This document shows, in pieces, positions 29,356 through 39,529 of a stretch of DNA of 64,000 nucleotides. Position numbers and translations under genes: made by a program. The notes below the pieces were generated by a model. That model made no database searches, had not been told where the DNA came from, and worked only from the letters and a program-made list of their open reading frames with translations. Origin of the DNA: an uncultured Nitrospiraceae bacterium (lineage in GTDB: Bacteria > Nitrospirota > Nitrospiria > Nitrospirales > Nitrospiraceae); assembly GCA_963706325.1 (NCBI GenBank), contig CAVPLT010000007.1:800001-864000 (forward strand). Direction: 5' to 3'. Position 1 is the first letter of the stretch; each line of letters opens with the position of its first letter.

Positions 29356-29608
29356 TAGGTGCCTGCCGTGGGTCGATGGTGATCCTACGCACCTGCCCCA
29401 TTGATTGATGATTGGTTGATCCACATTTCATGCGAATGCCTGATGTCGAGACGATGCCCTTCGTGTCAGGCAGGGGAATCGCCTTGGTGATCAATGCTCG
29501 AGGTAGATGTGAAATCTTGCGTTGCCTCCATCAATGTGTGACCTGCAGTAAGGGCATTGTTGGTGTAAGCGTGGTCGACTCGAAATGTAGGAGAAGTGGT
29601 CCCTTCTT
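29356..29608 (+). ncRNA. Candidate structured 5' leader RNA, family not recognised
   Basis: Several stems and an 11-bp loop-to-downstream complementarity found by eye (see findings). Confidence 0.35.
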
Positions 29609-30937
29609 ATGAACGCAGCTATGTCGTCACCCTCCGAGTCATCTGTCCGGCCTATTCAGGCGGGAGAACGGCACGCCCCAGGTCGCGCTCTCTTTTGGGG
29701 ACTTCAAAGTTACGTGATGATCGCCATTGCTTGCTCGAGTTTTTTCCCGATGCTGTTCCGCTATCAGGAGCACGCGGTCATTATTCTCATCCTGCTTTGC
29801 CTGGGCATGTGTGCCATAGAAAAGACGAGTCCTTGGATTAAAAACCCGCTAGATCTTCCCCTCTGGCTCTTCATGAGCTGGGTGCTCTGTACCGTCCCGT
29901 TCGCAATCGACCCTGCGTACAGTTTTGCGGAATGGAAAAAATTTGTCGCGCAAGCCGGTGTGTTCTATTGGTCTTTGCTCGTACTTGATCGCTGTCGACG
30001 GGAGAACCTCCCGCAGCAGATTCTTTTGTCGTTCGCCCTAGGGGGGACCATTCTAGCTGCATATGCGCTCCTCGACTTTGTGGACCGGGGCGGGACATGG
30101 AAGGATCGCTTTGTTCGAGCCCTAGCGTTTGGCTCGGACTATAACTGGCTCAGCACCTACATGGTGATGACCATTCCTGTCATTGGCAGCCTCCTCGTCC
30201 TGACTCACCTAGCCTTGATTCGCGCAGTTGGGGTATTGGCTCTCGGTTTGGCATTGGCTGCGCAAGTGTTTTCCTATACCCGCGGTGGGTGGGTAGGGCA
30301 TGCGGCGCAAGGAGTCACGCTCGCATTGCTGATCGGCGGACGAAGGTTGGCCATGACTGCCCTGGGATGTTTAGTCCTTGCGACTGGAGGTTTGGTGGTC
30401 ATGTCGCAGATTGGTATTCAAACGGATACGGTCGCGGCTAAAACTGTGGATACGCGGCTGAAGGTCTGGGGCATCGGATTGCAGGAGGTAGTCACGCACC
30501 CGGTGGTCGGCATCGGCTATGGCAACAATTCGTTTATTAAGAAATTTCCTGAATATTCCGTTGCGCGGCAGGACCAGCTTCCCGAAGGGGACCGCATCAT
30601 TCCAGCCATGCACAATACCTTTCTCATGGTGACATTGGGTAGCGGGCTTCCCGCATTAGGGTGTTTTGTCTGGATCTTTGTCTCGTTGGTGCGGCAGCTC
30701 ATTCCGGTGCTCTGGATGGCGGAACAAGGTAATGTATTCTCTGGGATGGCTGCCGGAATCGGCCTGGCTGTCATCGGCTTCGCAGTCAGGAATTTCTTCG
30801 ATTATATGTTTATGGGTAGCTTAGCACACCTGTTTTGGTTATTGGCGGCGGTCGGGATCACCGTGACAAGGGCAGGTTGGCGAAAAGTCGTGACCCAAGC
30901 GAAAATTGGGAAACCAGCAGAAAGCATCGGAGATTGA
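29609..30937 (+). CDS. O-antigen ligase family (WaaL/Wzy_C) membrane protein
   Basis: Multiple TM helices, SYTRGGW, R..VW, HPVVGIGYG, MHNTFL. Confidence 0.88.
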   Translation: MNAAMSSPSESSVRPIQAGERHAPGRALFWGLQSYVMIAIACSSFFPMLFRYQEHAVIILILLCLGMCAIEKTSPWIKNPLDLPLWLFMSWVLCTVPFAIDPAYSFAEWKKFVAQAGVFYWSLLVLDRCRRENLPQQILLSFALGGTILAAYALLDFVDRGGTWKDRFVRALAFGSDYNWLSTYMVMTIPVIGSLLVLTHLALIRAVGVLALGLALAAQVFSYTRGGWVGHAAQGVTLALLIGGRRLAMTALGCLVLATGGLVVMSQIGIQTDTVAAKTVDTRLKVWGIGLQEVVTHPVVGIGYGNNSFIKKFPEYSVARQDQLPEGDRIIPAMHNTFLMVTLGSGLPALGCFVWIFVSLVRQLIPVLWMAEQGNVFSGMAAGIGLAVIGFAVRNFFDYMFMGSLAHLFWLLAAVGITVTRAGWRKVVTQAKIGKPAESIGD

Positions 30938-30990
30938 CAGGATTTCGTAGATCCATCACAACTGAATCTTACCCTGTGGAGGTATGGCAA

Positions 30991-31050
30991 ATGGCATTGA
31001 TGCGCCGGTCCATTGGGTCTACAAAACAGATCGGAGTGTGTAGACAGTGA
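30991..31050 (+). CDS. Candidate 19-aa upstream ORF ([19 protein letters not shown])
   Basis: SD GGAGGT 30978-30983, 7-nt spacer, ATG; TGA overlaps gmd GTG (GTGA). Confidence 0.35.
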   Translation: MALMRRSIGSTKQIGVCRQ

Positions 31051-32057
31051 AGGCCTTGATCACCGGCATTACGGGCCAAGATGGGTCGTACCTCGCTGAA
31101 TTTCTCCTGGCCAAGGGGTACGATGTATACGGCGTCATTCGCCGGTCGAGTTCTTTCAATACATCCCGGATCGACTCGGTTTATCAGGATCCCCATATTC
31201 CTGAGGCCAAGCTGCATTTGGTATATGGTGACCTCAATGATGCCAGTTCCCTGAATAGAATTCTGCGCACGGTTCGGCCGGATGAGATTTACAATCTCGG
31301 AGCACAGAGCCATGTTCGTGTCAGTTTCGACATCCCGGAGTACACCGCTGAGATTACGGGCCTGGGCACCGTGCGATTGCTCGAAGCCATTCGTGAGTCA
31401 GGATTGCGCCCCAAGTTCTATCAAGCGTCCTCGAGCGAAATGTTCGGCAAGGTAAAGGACGTCCCGCAGCGAGAAACGACGCCGTTCTATCCGCGCAGTC
31501 CGTACGGCGCCGCGAAAGTGTATGCGCATTGGATCACCGTCAATTATCGTGAGGCGTACGGCCTGTTTGCCTGCAACGGCATCCTCTTCAACCATGAATC
31601 ACCCCGGCGGGGCGAAACGTTCGTCACGCGCAAAATCACGAAGGCTGCGGCGCTGATCAAATTGGGTTTGCAGCAGGACTTGTTCCTCGGCAATTTGGAC
31701 GCAAAACGGGATTGGGGCTATGCCGGAGACTATGTCGAAGCCATGTGGCTCATGCTGCAGCAGGAACAGCCTGAGGATTATGTCGTGGCGACCGGGGAGA
31801 CCCATACGGTGCGTGAGTTCCTCGATGTGGCGTTCGGTCATTTGGGACTGGACTGGCATCGTCACGTGAAGATCGATCCGCGGTATTACCGACCGACTGA
31901 GGTCGATCTGCTGATCGGAGATCCGGCAAAGGCGCGGCGGCAACTTGGGTGGAAACCGACGGTCAAATTTCATGAATTGGCAATTATGATGGTCGAGGCG
32001 GATGTGGAAGCGGAACGGCTCAAATTGCAGGGCACCGGATCGAAGGGGGCTCGGTGA
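31047..32057 (+). CDS. gmd: GDP-mannose 4,6-dehydratase
   Basis: [53 protein letters not shown]. Confidence 0.97.
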   Translation: MKALITGITGQDGSYLAEFLLAKGYDVYGVIRRSSSFNTSRIDSVYQDPHIPEAKLHLVYGDLNDASSLNRILRTVRPDEIYNLGAQSHVRVSFDIPEYTAEITGLGTVRLLEAIRESGLRPKFYQASSSEMFGKVKDVPQRETTPFYPRSPYGAAKVYAHWITVNYREAYGLFACNGILFNHESPRRGETFVTRKITKAAALIKLGLQQDLFLGNLDAKRDWGYAGDYVEAMWLMLQQEQPEDYVVATGETHTVREFLDVAFGHLGLDWHRHVKIDPRYYRPTEVDLLIGDPAKARRQLGWKPTVKFHELAIMMVEADVEAERLKLQGTGSKGAR

Positions 32058-33004
32058 TGGATAAGCACGCCCGCATTTACATCGCCGGGCACCGGGGGAT
32101 GGTCGGATCTGCGATTGTGCGGGCTCTCAGCGCCGACGGCTTCGACAATCTGATTGTTAGGACCAGCAAAGAAATGGATTTGCGCGACAATGGCCGCGTC
32201 AACGCCTTTTTCGCGGAAGCCAAGCCAGACTATGTCTTCCTGGCTGCGGCCAAGGTGGGAGGAATTCTCGCGAATAGTACGTTTCCTGCCGAGTTCATTT
32301 ACGACAATCTGGCGATTCAGACGAACGTCATTCATCAGGCCCATGTTCATGGTGTCAAGAAGCTGCTCCTGTTGGGATCCTCTTGTATCTATCCCCGGGA
32401 TTCCCCGCAGCCGATGAAGGAAGAGTATCTGTTGACCGGCCCGCTTGAGCCAACCAACGAGTGGTATGCCGTGGCGAAAATCGCCGGCATCAAGATGTGC
32501 CAGGCCTATCGGCGGCAATACGGGTGTGACTTTGTTGCGGCTATGCCGACGAATCTCTACGGGCCGAACGACAATTTCGATTTGCAACATTCTCATGTGT
32601 TGGCGGCGTTGCTTCGGCGGTTTCATGAAGCCCGTGAGCAGGGAAGTATTCCCACGCTATGGGGGTCGGGCAGCCCAAAGCGGGAGTTTTTGCATGTGGA
32701 CGATTGCGCGCAGGCCTGTCTGTTTTTGATGGACCGCTATTCCAATGAAACCATTGTGAATGTTGGGACGGGACAAGACCTCGCGATCGCCGAGCTTGCC
32801 ACATTGGTCGCCGAGGTGGTCGACTATCGGGGGGCCGTGCAGTGGGACCGCACCAAGCCGGATGGCATGCCGCGAAAGTTGATGGATTCAAGCCGTATGG
32901 CCGCCCTAGGGTGGAAGCCGGCCATCACATTGACTGAAGGCCTGCGCCGGACCTATCGCTGGTACCGGCAGCAGCTGGGCGAGCTTCACGCTGGTCTGTC
33001 ATGA
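32057..33004 (+). CDS. fcl: GDP-L-fucose synthase
   Basis: AGHRGMVGSA, AAAKVGGILAN, LGSSCIYP, LEPTNE.YAVAK, MPTNLYG, KPDGMPRK. Confidence 0.96.
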   Translation: MDKHARIYIAGHRGMVGSAIVRALSADGFDNLIVRTSKEMDLRDNGRVNAFFAEAKPDYVFLAAAKVGGILANSTFPAEFIYDNLAIQTNVIHQAHVHGVKKLLLLGSSCIYPRDSPQPMKEEYLLTGPLEPTNEWYAVAKIAGIKMCQAYRRQYGCDFVAAMPTNLYGPNDNFDLQHSHVLAALLRRFHEAREQGSIPTLWGSGSPKREFLHVDDCAQACLFLMDRYSNETIVNVGTGQDLAIAELATLVAEVVDYRGAVQWDRTKPDGMPRKLMDSSRMAALGWKPAITLTEGLRRTYRWYRQQLGELHAGLS

Positions 33005-33161
33005 AGGCAACAGTACGGGCCTGTCCGTCGGTGCGTAGGTCGGCAGGAACGACCATGCGTTCCGCGTCGTCGCATACGTCTCCTCACGGCGATCGTTCAT
33101 GCGGTTTCCTTTTCAGTCAGGGTTGTCCCTTTACGATCGCGGATCGTAGGAAGTTGTGGTC

Positions 33162-35060
33162 ATGTGTGGTCTAGTGGGGGCGCTGGTCTTCGACGGTGGT
33201 TGGTTTTGCGTGACTGAACCCTACTTGACAAGGATGCGGGACAGCATGGCGCATCGGGGCCCGGATGGAGCCGGACTGTGGATTGGGGCAGGTGGTCGGA
33301 TTGGGTTGGGACATCGGCGACTCTCCATCATCGATCTGGCTGAGGCGGCTGGACAACCGATGGCGAACGAGGACGAAACCCTGTGGGTGACGTTTAATGG
33401 GGAAATTTACAATCATGCGGCGATCAGGCGTGAGTTGGAGTCGCTGGGCGGACATCGTTGGCGGACCGACCACTCGGATACCGAAGTCATCCTGCACGCA
33501 TTCGAGACGTGGGGTATTGACTGTGTATCGAGGTTTCGAGGCATGTTTGCGATCGCGCTGTGGGATGTGCGCCGTCAGGAATTATGGTTGATTCGCGACC
33601 GTATCGGCGTCAAGCCGCTATATTACAGCCTGCACCATGGGCGGCTGACCTTCGCATCCGAGATTAAGGCGCTGTTGCAGGACTCGGAGCAGCCAAGGGC
33701 GCTCCACGAGGAATCCCTTTTCCACTACCTCTCGTTCCTCACGACCCCCGCCCCACAGACCTTGTTTGATGGGATCAAGAAGCTGCCGGGTGGGACCTGG
33801 TTGCGTGTGCGCGCCGACGGGGCCATGGAGGAGCGCCGCTACTGGGACGTCTGGGACCACACCTCTCCCCTGATGGGGCAATCGGATGCGGACATTGCGG
33901 CTCGCGTGCTGGCGCAATTACGGGAGTCGGTGGCGCTTCGCAAGGTAAGCGATGTGCCGGTCGGTGTGTTTCTGTCCGGGGGAGTGGATTCCAGCACCAA
34001 TGCGGCCTTGTTCTCGCAAGGCGAAACTCATCCTGTTAGAACATTTACGATCGGGTACGACGGGGAGTATCCAAGTTATCGCAATGAACTCGGCTATGCG
34101 AGGTTGATGGCCGACGCCGTCGGCGCGGAGCATCATGAACGGCTGCTGTCGCTGGAGGATCTGCTGGCATTCTTGCCGAGGATGGTGGCATTGCAAGATG
34201 AACCGATTGCGGATCCCGTGTGTGTCCCGGTCTACTATGTCTCGCAATTGGCGCGTGCGCACGGCGTCATTGTCTGTCAGGTCGGTGAGGGAGCCGACGA
34301 ATTGTTTTGGGGGTATCCGTCCTGGAAAACAGCCAAGCGACTGCAAGAGTGGAACGAGTGGCCCGTGCCTGCACAGCTGAAACGATTCGGCCTGTGCGGT
34401 CTGCAATGGCTCGGTCAAGGCGAGAGCGTTCACTATGAACGATTGCGGCGCGGGACGCTGCATCAGCCCATTTTTTGGGGCGGCGCTGAAGCCTTTCCGG
34501 AAGCCCTGAAACAGCGCCTCTTGTCGCCGCGCTTACAACGAAGGTTTCGAAACCTGACGTCCTGGGAGGCCATTCGACCCATCCACGAACGGTTTGAGGC
34601 CAAGGCTTGGGAGCAGGGGCCGCTCCAGTGGATGAGCTACCTCGATCTCAATTTCAGACTCCCCGAGCTGTTGCTGATGCGAGTCGACAAGATGAGCATG
34701 GGCGCGAGTCTGGAAGCCCGCGTGCCGTTTCTCGATCATGAGTTCGTGCAATTAGCCATGAGCATCCCTGAGTCAGTGAAGACCAGAGGCGGCGTCGTCA
34801 AGACGCTCCTCAAACAAGCGGTGCGAGGCGTCATTCCGGATACCATCATCGATCGACGCAAACAGGGATTTGGAGTTCCGGTTCATGAATGGATGGAAGG
34901 TCGGCTGGGCATCGTGATGCAGGACACGCTCTCTGATTTTTGCGACCGGACGGACATCTTGGATAAGACCGCCGTACTAAATTTGGTTCGTGAGCAGCGC
35001 GATCCTCGCAGCTGGTATCTGTTCAACTTGGCCTTGTGGTGGAATCACTACATGGTATAG
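33162..35060 (+). CDS. asnB: Asparagine-synthase-like glutamine amidotransferase (glycan amidation type)
   Basis: N-terminal MCG, HRGPD, HRRLSIID, FNGEIYN, RDRIGVKPLYY, LSGGVDSS, GEGADELF, EARVPFLD. Confidence 0.9.
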   Translation: MCGLVGALVFDGGWFCVTEPYLTRMRDSMAHRGPDGAGLWIGAGGRIGLGHRRLSIIDLAEAAGQPMANEDETLWVTFNGEIYNHAAIRRELESLGGHRWRTDHSDTEVILHAFETWGIDCVSRFRGMFAIALWDVRRQELWLIRDRIGVKPLYYSLHHGRLTFASEIKALLQDSEQPRALHEESLFHYLSFLTTPAPQTLFDGIKKLPGGTWLRVRADGAMEERRYWDVWDHTSPLMGQSDADIAARVLAQLRESVALRKVSDVPVGVFLSGGVDSSTNAALFSQGETHPVRTFTIGYDGEYPSYRNELGYARLMADAVGAEHHERLLSLEDLLAFLPRMVALQDEPIADPVCVPVYYVSQLARAHGVIVCQVGEGADELFWGYPSWKTAKRLQEWNEWPVPAQLKRFGLCGLQWLGQGESVHYERLRRGTLHQPIFWGGAEAFPEALKQRLLSPRLQRRFRNLTSWEAIRPIHERFEAKAWEQGPLQWMSYLDLNFRLPELLLMRVDKMSMGASLEARVPFLDHEFVQLAMSIPESVKTRGGVVKTLLKQAVRGVIPDTIIDRRKQGFGVPVHEWMEGRLGIVMQDTLSDFCDRTDILDKTAVLNLVREQRDPRSWYLFNLALWWNHYMV

Positions 35061-35097
35061 CAGAATGCCGAAAAGAACCGTCGGCTTGTTCTCGCAT
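35059..35097 (+). repeat. Degenerate copy of the repeat end also seen at 39364
   Basis: 35059-35087 matches 39364-39392 at 23 of 29 positions. Confidence 0.55.
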
Positions 35098-35206
35098 TGC
35101 CCATGGCCGCTATCGATTCCGCAGGGGAAAAGATCCTGTCTCGCCGCGGCCCAAGTCACCCCATGTCGATGGCTTCTTCTGACATAATCTTTGTCGTCCC
35201 TCTGGT

Positions 35207-37322
35207 ATGAACCACGATTCTCCGATCGATCTTTCCGAACGTATTCGCTCGAAGATCCACAGCGTGGGGTTGGGCGCCACCTTCCGCATGGGCGTCCGTA
35301 AAGCCGTGCGACCTCTGCTGTCGTTATGGCGCGCGCAAACCAGGCGACGTTCTTATCAGGTAGACAGGACAGAATTGGCGGCTGCGCTACACACGACTCC
35401 TGACGAGGTTCTCTCTGTCGTAGTCCGGATGAGGGGCGACTTTGCCCGCCGTCTACCGATCTCGCCCCGTGATGTGCCGGCGATTCGTACTCTTTATCAA
35501 GAACGCGCCCCCGGCCTCCTCGCGGAGACCATCGAGTCAGCCGACCAGGTGTGCCATCATGTGTTCGACCTGCTGGGATCCGGCCCTGTCGCGTTGGGTG
35601 CGACTATCGATTGGCACCGGGATTTTAAAAGCGGATACCGATGGAACCCCAATCAGTGCTTTCTGGACATCGCCCATGGCCATCGAGCCGGCGTCGACAT
35701 CAAAGTGCCATGGGAGCTGTCTCGCGGCCAGCACTTGGTGCTGCTGGCGCAAACAGCGCTGCTGACGGGCGAACCGAAGTATTCCACCGAATGTGTGGCG
35801 CAGTTGGGCGATTGGATCGCAACCAATCCACCAGGGTGCGGGGTTAACTGGGCCTGCCCGATGGAGGTCGCCATACGCGCGGTCAATTGGTTGTGGACGC
35901 TGTCCCTGCTGATGGAGTCGCCGGTTGTGACCAACGTGTGGCTGGCAGACATCCTTGCGTCGTTGGTGGCGCATGGCCGGTTTCTCATGGAGAATCTGGA
36001 GGTCCGTGACGACGAAGTGACGACGAATCACTACTTGGCCGATGTCGTGGGCCTGCTGTATCTCGGACTGTGCTTGACGGAGGTGCGCGAAGCCGAATCG
36101 TGGCGGATTTTTGCGGTTCGCGAATTGGCGCGTGAGATGGAACGGCAGGTGCTTCCCGATGGCGTGCATTACGAATCGAGTCTGTCCTATCATCGCCTGG
36201 TGACGGAACTGTTTCTGTCCTCGGCGGTACTCTGTCGGCAGCACAGACATGGAGTTGCCCCGTGCGTTTCACACTCGCCTTGAGAGGATGTGTGACTTTG
36301 TGCAGGGCTATACGAAACCGAACGGACTGGCTCCACAAATCGGGGATGGAGACAACGGTCGTTTGCATATCCTCACCGGATACGGCCGGGTCGACGTGCG
36401 GGACCATCGCCATCTGCTCGCCGTCGGGGGACTGCTCTACGATCGGGCGGACTGGCTCGCGGTGGCGGGACCTTCCTGGGTTGAAGGCTTGTGGTTCAGC
36501 GGGGCGCTTCATATGGCGCGGGCGGAAACGACAGCAAGCGGGGCGCCGCTGTCCCGGAGCGTGGCGTTTCCGGATGGCGGGTTCTATATTTTGCGCGAGC
36601 AACAAGACTATGTGTTGGTTAACTGTAATACCCCCGGCACCAGTGGAGTAGGAACCCATAAACATAACGATCTGCTCTCCCTCGACATGCAACTCGGCGG
36701 GGAAGATATTCTTGTGGATCCGGGTTGTTTTCTCTATACTTCCGATCCGCAGGCCTATAATCGATTTCGTCGCACCGGTTACCATTCGACGGTCAGAGTA
36801 GACCAGGCGGAGCAAAATCGGTTGATTCCTGGGAAACTTTTTTGCCTGCACCCGGATAGTCGCCTGCATGTGTTGCAGTGGGAGATCGGTCAACCGATCG
36901 AACAGGTGGCGGCGGAACATAGTGGATATGGCCGGCTTTCCGACCCGGTTCGACATCGGCGTGAGGTGCGACACCATCGGGCAGACGGGTCGTGGCAGGT
37001 GACCGATTATCTGTCGACTGACGCCGGCGGGTCTCAATCCCATCGTCTCGAATGGACCTTGGCATTCGCTCCCCATTGTTCTCTGCATCGCGAGGGGACT
37101 GGATGGCATGTCGTGACTTCTACGCAGCATTTGTGGTTGGAAGGTCCGCGGTTATCGGTCGCTGACCGCTCCATAGACATTCACCCACAGGTCGAGATGG
37201 AGGAGATAGCGCTCCAATATGGCGTCACATGCCCGGCTCCCTTCTTGCGTTGGAGTTGGGTGGGGCCACTTCCCGTGAAAGGAACCTTCGGCATTTCGCG
37301 CTTGGGCTCGTGTTCGACATGA
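35207..37322 (+). pseudogene. Heparinase II/III-like protein, split by a +1 frameshift near 36245
   Basis: DIKVPWELSR, GVNW...MEVAIR..NW, NHY, DGVHYE.S.SYH in ORF1; PQIGDGDNG, FPDGGFY, HKHNDLLS, VDPG..Y, HST in ORF2. Confidence 0.8.
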
Positions 37323-37349
37323 TTCGACGTCGAGAGGTTGCTGGTTAAG

Positions 37350-37892
37350 ATGATGAAGGCGTTGACCATTTGGCTTACCGGGTTGCCCTGTTCCGGGAAG
37401 ACCACTTTGGCGAGTTTGCTCTTCCGAAGTCTGCTCGAGCAGGGGATGATGAACGTAGAGGTATTGGATGGAGATGTCGTCCGCACGCATCTTTCAAAAG
37501 GACTCGGTTTTTCCCATGCGGATCGCGACACGAATATCCTGCGGATCGGATGGGTCTGCCAGGTGTTGACCAAACACGGGGTGTGCGCGATCGTTGCTGC
37601 CGTGTCGCCGTTTCGCGCAAGTCGAAATGAAGTGCGGGCGATGGTCGAGAAAGCGGGAGGGCCAGGATCGTTCGTGGAAGTGTGGGTGCGTTGCGGTGTT
37701 GAGGAATGCATCAGGCGCGACGTCAAAGGGATGTACGCCAAGGCCTTGCGTGGTGAAATTCAGCAATTTACCGGCGTGTCCGACCCCTATGAGGAGCCGC
37801 TCGATGCGGACATCATCGTGGACACGAGCATAGAGCCCCCGGCGAAATCGGTGAGTCGCATTCTGGAGGCCGTCAATCGTGCCGCACAATGA
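37350..37892 (+). CDS. cysC: Adenylyl-sulfate kinase
   Basis: IWLTGLPCSGKTT, LDGD.VR..L..GLGFS..DR, RDVKGMY..A..G.I..FTG..DPYE.P. Confidence 0.95.
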   Translation: MMKALTIWLTGLPCSGKTTLASLLFRSLLEQGMMNVEVLDGDVVRTHLSKGLGFSHADRDTNILRIGWVCQVLTKHGVCAIVAAVSPFRASRNEVRAMVEKAGGPGSFVEVWVRCGVEECIRRDVKGMYAKALRGEIQQFTGVSDPYEEPLDADIIVDTSIEPPAKSVSRILEAVNRAAQ

Positions 37893-37921
37893 ACGCGTCG
37901 GCGCTCGACGACTCAGGATAA

Positions 37922-39358
37922 ATGGTTCGACCGGTTGTGGATAAGAGCTTCCTGTGGTTCCTGCTCCCGACGCTGCTCCAAACCATGGTGGGGGTCGGCG
38001 TCATGGTTCCGATCACCACCTATTACCTCGACCCGGCCGATCTTGGCACTGTCGCCATCCTGACCGCCTTGGCCATGCTCGCCACACCGCTTGCATCGAC
38101 CGGCGACAGTTGGGTGCTCTCGACCCATTGGCACGCGACCTCGGAATCCGGCCGGAAGGAACTGCTCTTCAACCTCCTGCTTGCAAATCTCGGGATGAAA
38201 ACCCTCTGGGTCGGTATCTTTTGGCTGCTGTCACCGCTTGTGCTGCCGCATCTCATTAGAGACTATCGCCCCGAGTATCAGCAATACTTTCGATTGGCGC
38301 TGGTGGGATTGTTGGCCGGCACGTTCTGGGTCACGTTCAGTTCGTTGATGGTGATCGAGCGCGCGCCAGTCAGCCACGCCCTGAATGAATCGCTGCAGTG
38401 GGGGGCCGGTGCGATGACGACGTTGCTGGGGCTCTCGGTGGCGAAGATCGGCGTCCTGTCCCTGTTCCTGGCCCCGATCGCCGCTGGACTCATCTCTGCC
38501 GTGCATGGGCTGTGGTACGTGGCCCACAAGCTCTCTCCGCGTCCCAGCCTGCGTTGGGGCAAGGAAATCGTTCGGAGCGGCATGCCGGCGATTCCATTCA
38601 GCCTGATGGACGTGATTGCCAACAGCCTGGATCGCTTCGTCATCCAGCGATGGCTGGATCTCTCGACGTTGGGCATCTATGCCCATTCACAAAGTTATCG
38701 CGGGATGTTCGTCACGGTGACGAAGGCCTACTCGCGGACCATGACGCCCACGTTTCTGGAATTGTTTGCCGGTGATCCCGTCCAGCCGCGGAGGCAGGTT
38801 GAAGAGACGGTGTCGCTGTGGTACCTCTGTGTGACGGCAGGTGGGATTCTGGTCACTCTGTTTTCTCCCGAGGTGATCCATATCCTGACGCACGGAAAGT
38901 TCGATCAGGCCGCGGAACTGGTGCCGATCTGGTTCCTGTTGGTCTACGCGCATAGTATGGGGCTTCCATCTACCCAATATCTGTTGACGGTAAGGCGGAA
39001 CGTTCTGTTGTCCTGGACCTCTATTGTGATTAGCCTGGGAACGATGGGGCTGGTCTGTATCGCCACCTGGCAATTCGGAGTCATCGGCGCGACGAGCGCG
39101 GCGGTCTTCGGGGCGTTGGCGCTGCACGGAATGCGCTTCTACCTGGCTCGCCGTCTCGATTGTCCCTATGGTTTCGAAGCGGGTGTGCTGTGGGGCGTGG
39201 GCACGGTCCTCCTCCTCTACCTGGTGACGTATCGGGTGGGGCTGCCGCTTCCGGCTAAGATCATCCTCGCAGGAGCTGTGATGACGGTGCTAGGGGTCAA
39301 AATTTCGCCGCTGTTGTCGTGGCAGGCGATGAGGCGTGTGTGGGCCGCGCCGAAATGA
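37922..39358 (+). CDS. wzx: Polysaccharide flippase (Wzx/MOP family)
   Basis: About 12-14 hydrophobic segments, P.TT.YL.P.D.G, DRFVI......LGIY. Confidence 0.8.
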   Translation: MVRPVVDKSFLWFLLPTLLQTMVGVGVMVPITTYYLDPADLGTVAILTALAMLATPLASTGDSWVLSTHWHATSESGRKELLFNLLLANLGMKTLWVGIFWLLSPLVLPHLIRDYRPEYQQYFRLALVGLLAGTFWVTFSSLMVIERAPVSHALNESLQWGAGAMTTLLGLSVAKIGVLSLFLAPIAAGLISAVHGLWYVAHKLSPRPSLRWGKEIVRSGMPAIPFSLMDVIANSLDRFVIQRWLDLSTLGIYAHSQSYRGMFVTVTKAYSRTMTPTFLELFAGDPVQPRRQVEETVSLWYLCVTAGGILVTLFSPEVIHILTHGKFDQAAELVPIWFLLVYAHSMGLPSTQYLLTVRRNVLLSWTSIVISLGTMGLVCIATWQFGVIGATSAAVFGALALHGMRFYLARRLDCPYGFEAGVLWGVGTVLLLYLVTYRVGLPLPAKIILAGAVMTVLGVKISPLLSWQAMRRVWAAPK

Positions 39359-39364
39359 CCCTCA

Positions 39365-39529
39365 GCAGGATGCGGAAAAAGTCCGCCGGCTTTCTGAAAG
39401 GCTTAGGCTAAGGCTGAGATTGGAAGAGTCTGCGCCCGATCTCGGCGCGCCAAGACGCGTTTTGCCCCAGGCAAGGCCGCAGCGAGCGAGGTGGTTGAGG
39501 TCAGGGTTGAGCTAAAGCAAGCATCCTGC
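39365..39529. repeat. MITE/REP-like non-coding element
   Basis: Perfect terminal inverted repeat GCAGGATGC (39365-39373) / GCATCCTGC (39521-39529); internal hexamer arrays; no ORF. Confidence 0.6.

Noticed and set aside
29259..29373. 12-bp stem GCCTACGGCAGG / CCTGCCGTGGGT
   Set aside because: The 5' arm is upstream of the predicted TSS, so it could form only in read-through RNA; not counted as leader structure
29356..29546. Cobalamin-riboswitch-like words (AGGTGC, GGGAA, GTGAAATC, GACCTGC) in the leader
   Set aside because: Spacing and order do not fit, GCCACTG and a proper B12 box are missing, and the downstream gene is unrelated to B12
29412..29841. ORFs 29412-29612 and 29596-29841 as small genes
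   Set aside because: No motifs, poor SD spacing, and the second overlaps the ligase gene out of frame
30934..30962. Perfect TTGACA -35 box upstream of gmd
   Set aside because: The matching -10 position reads CACAAC, too weak to call a promoter
39401..39511. Short repeats as a possible CRISPR array
   Set aside because: Hexamers with no repeat-spacer periodicity and no cas genes
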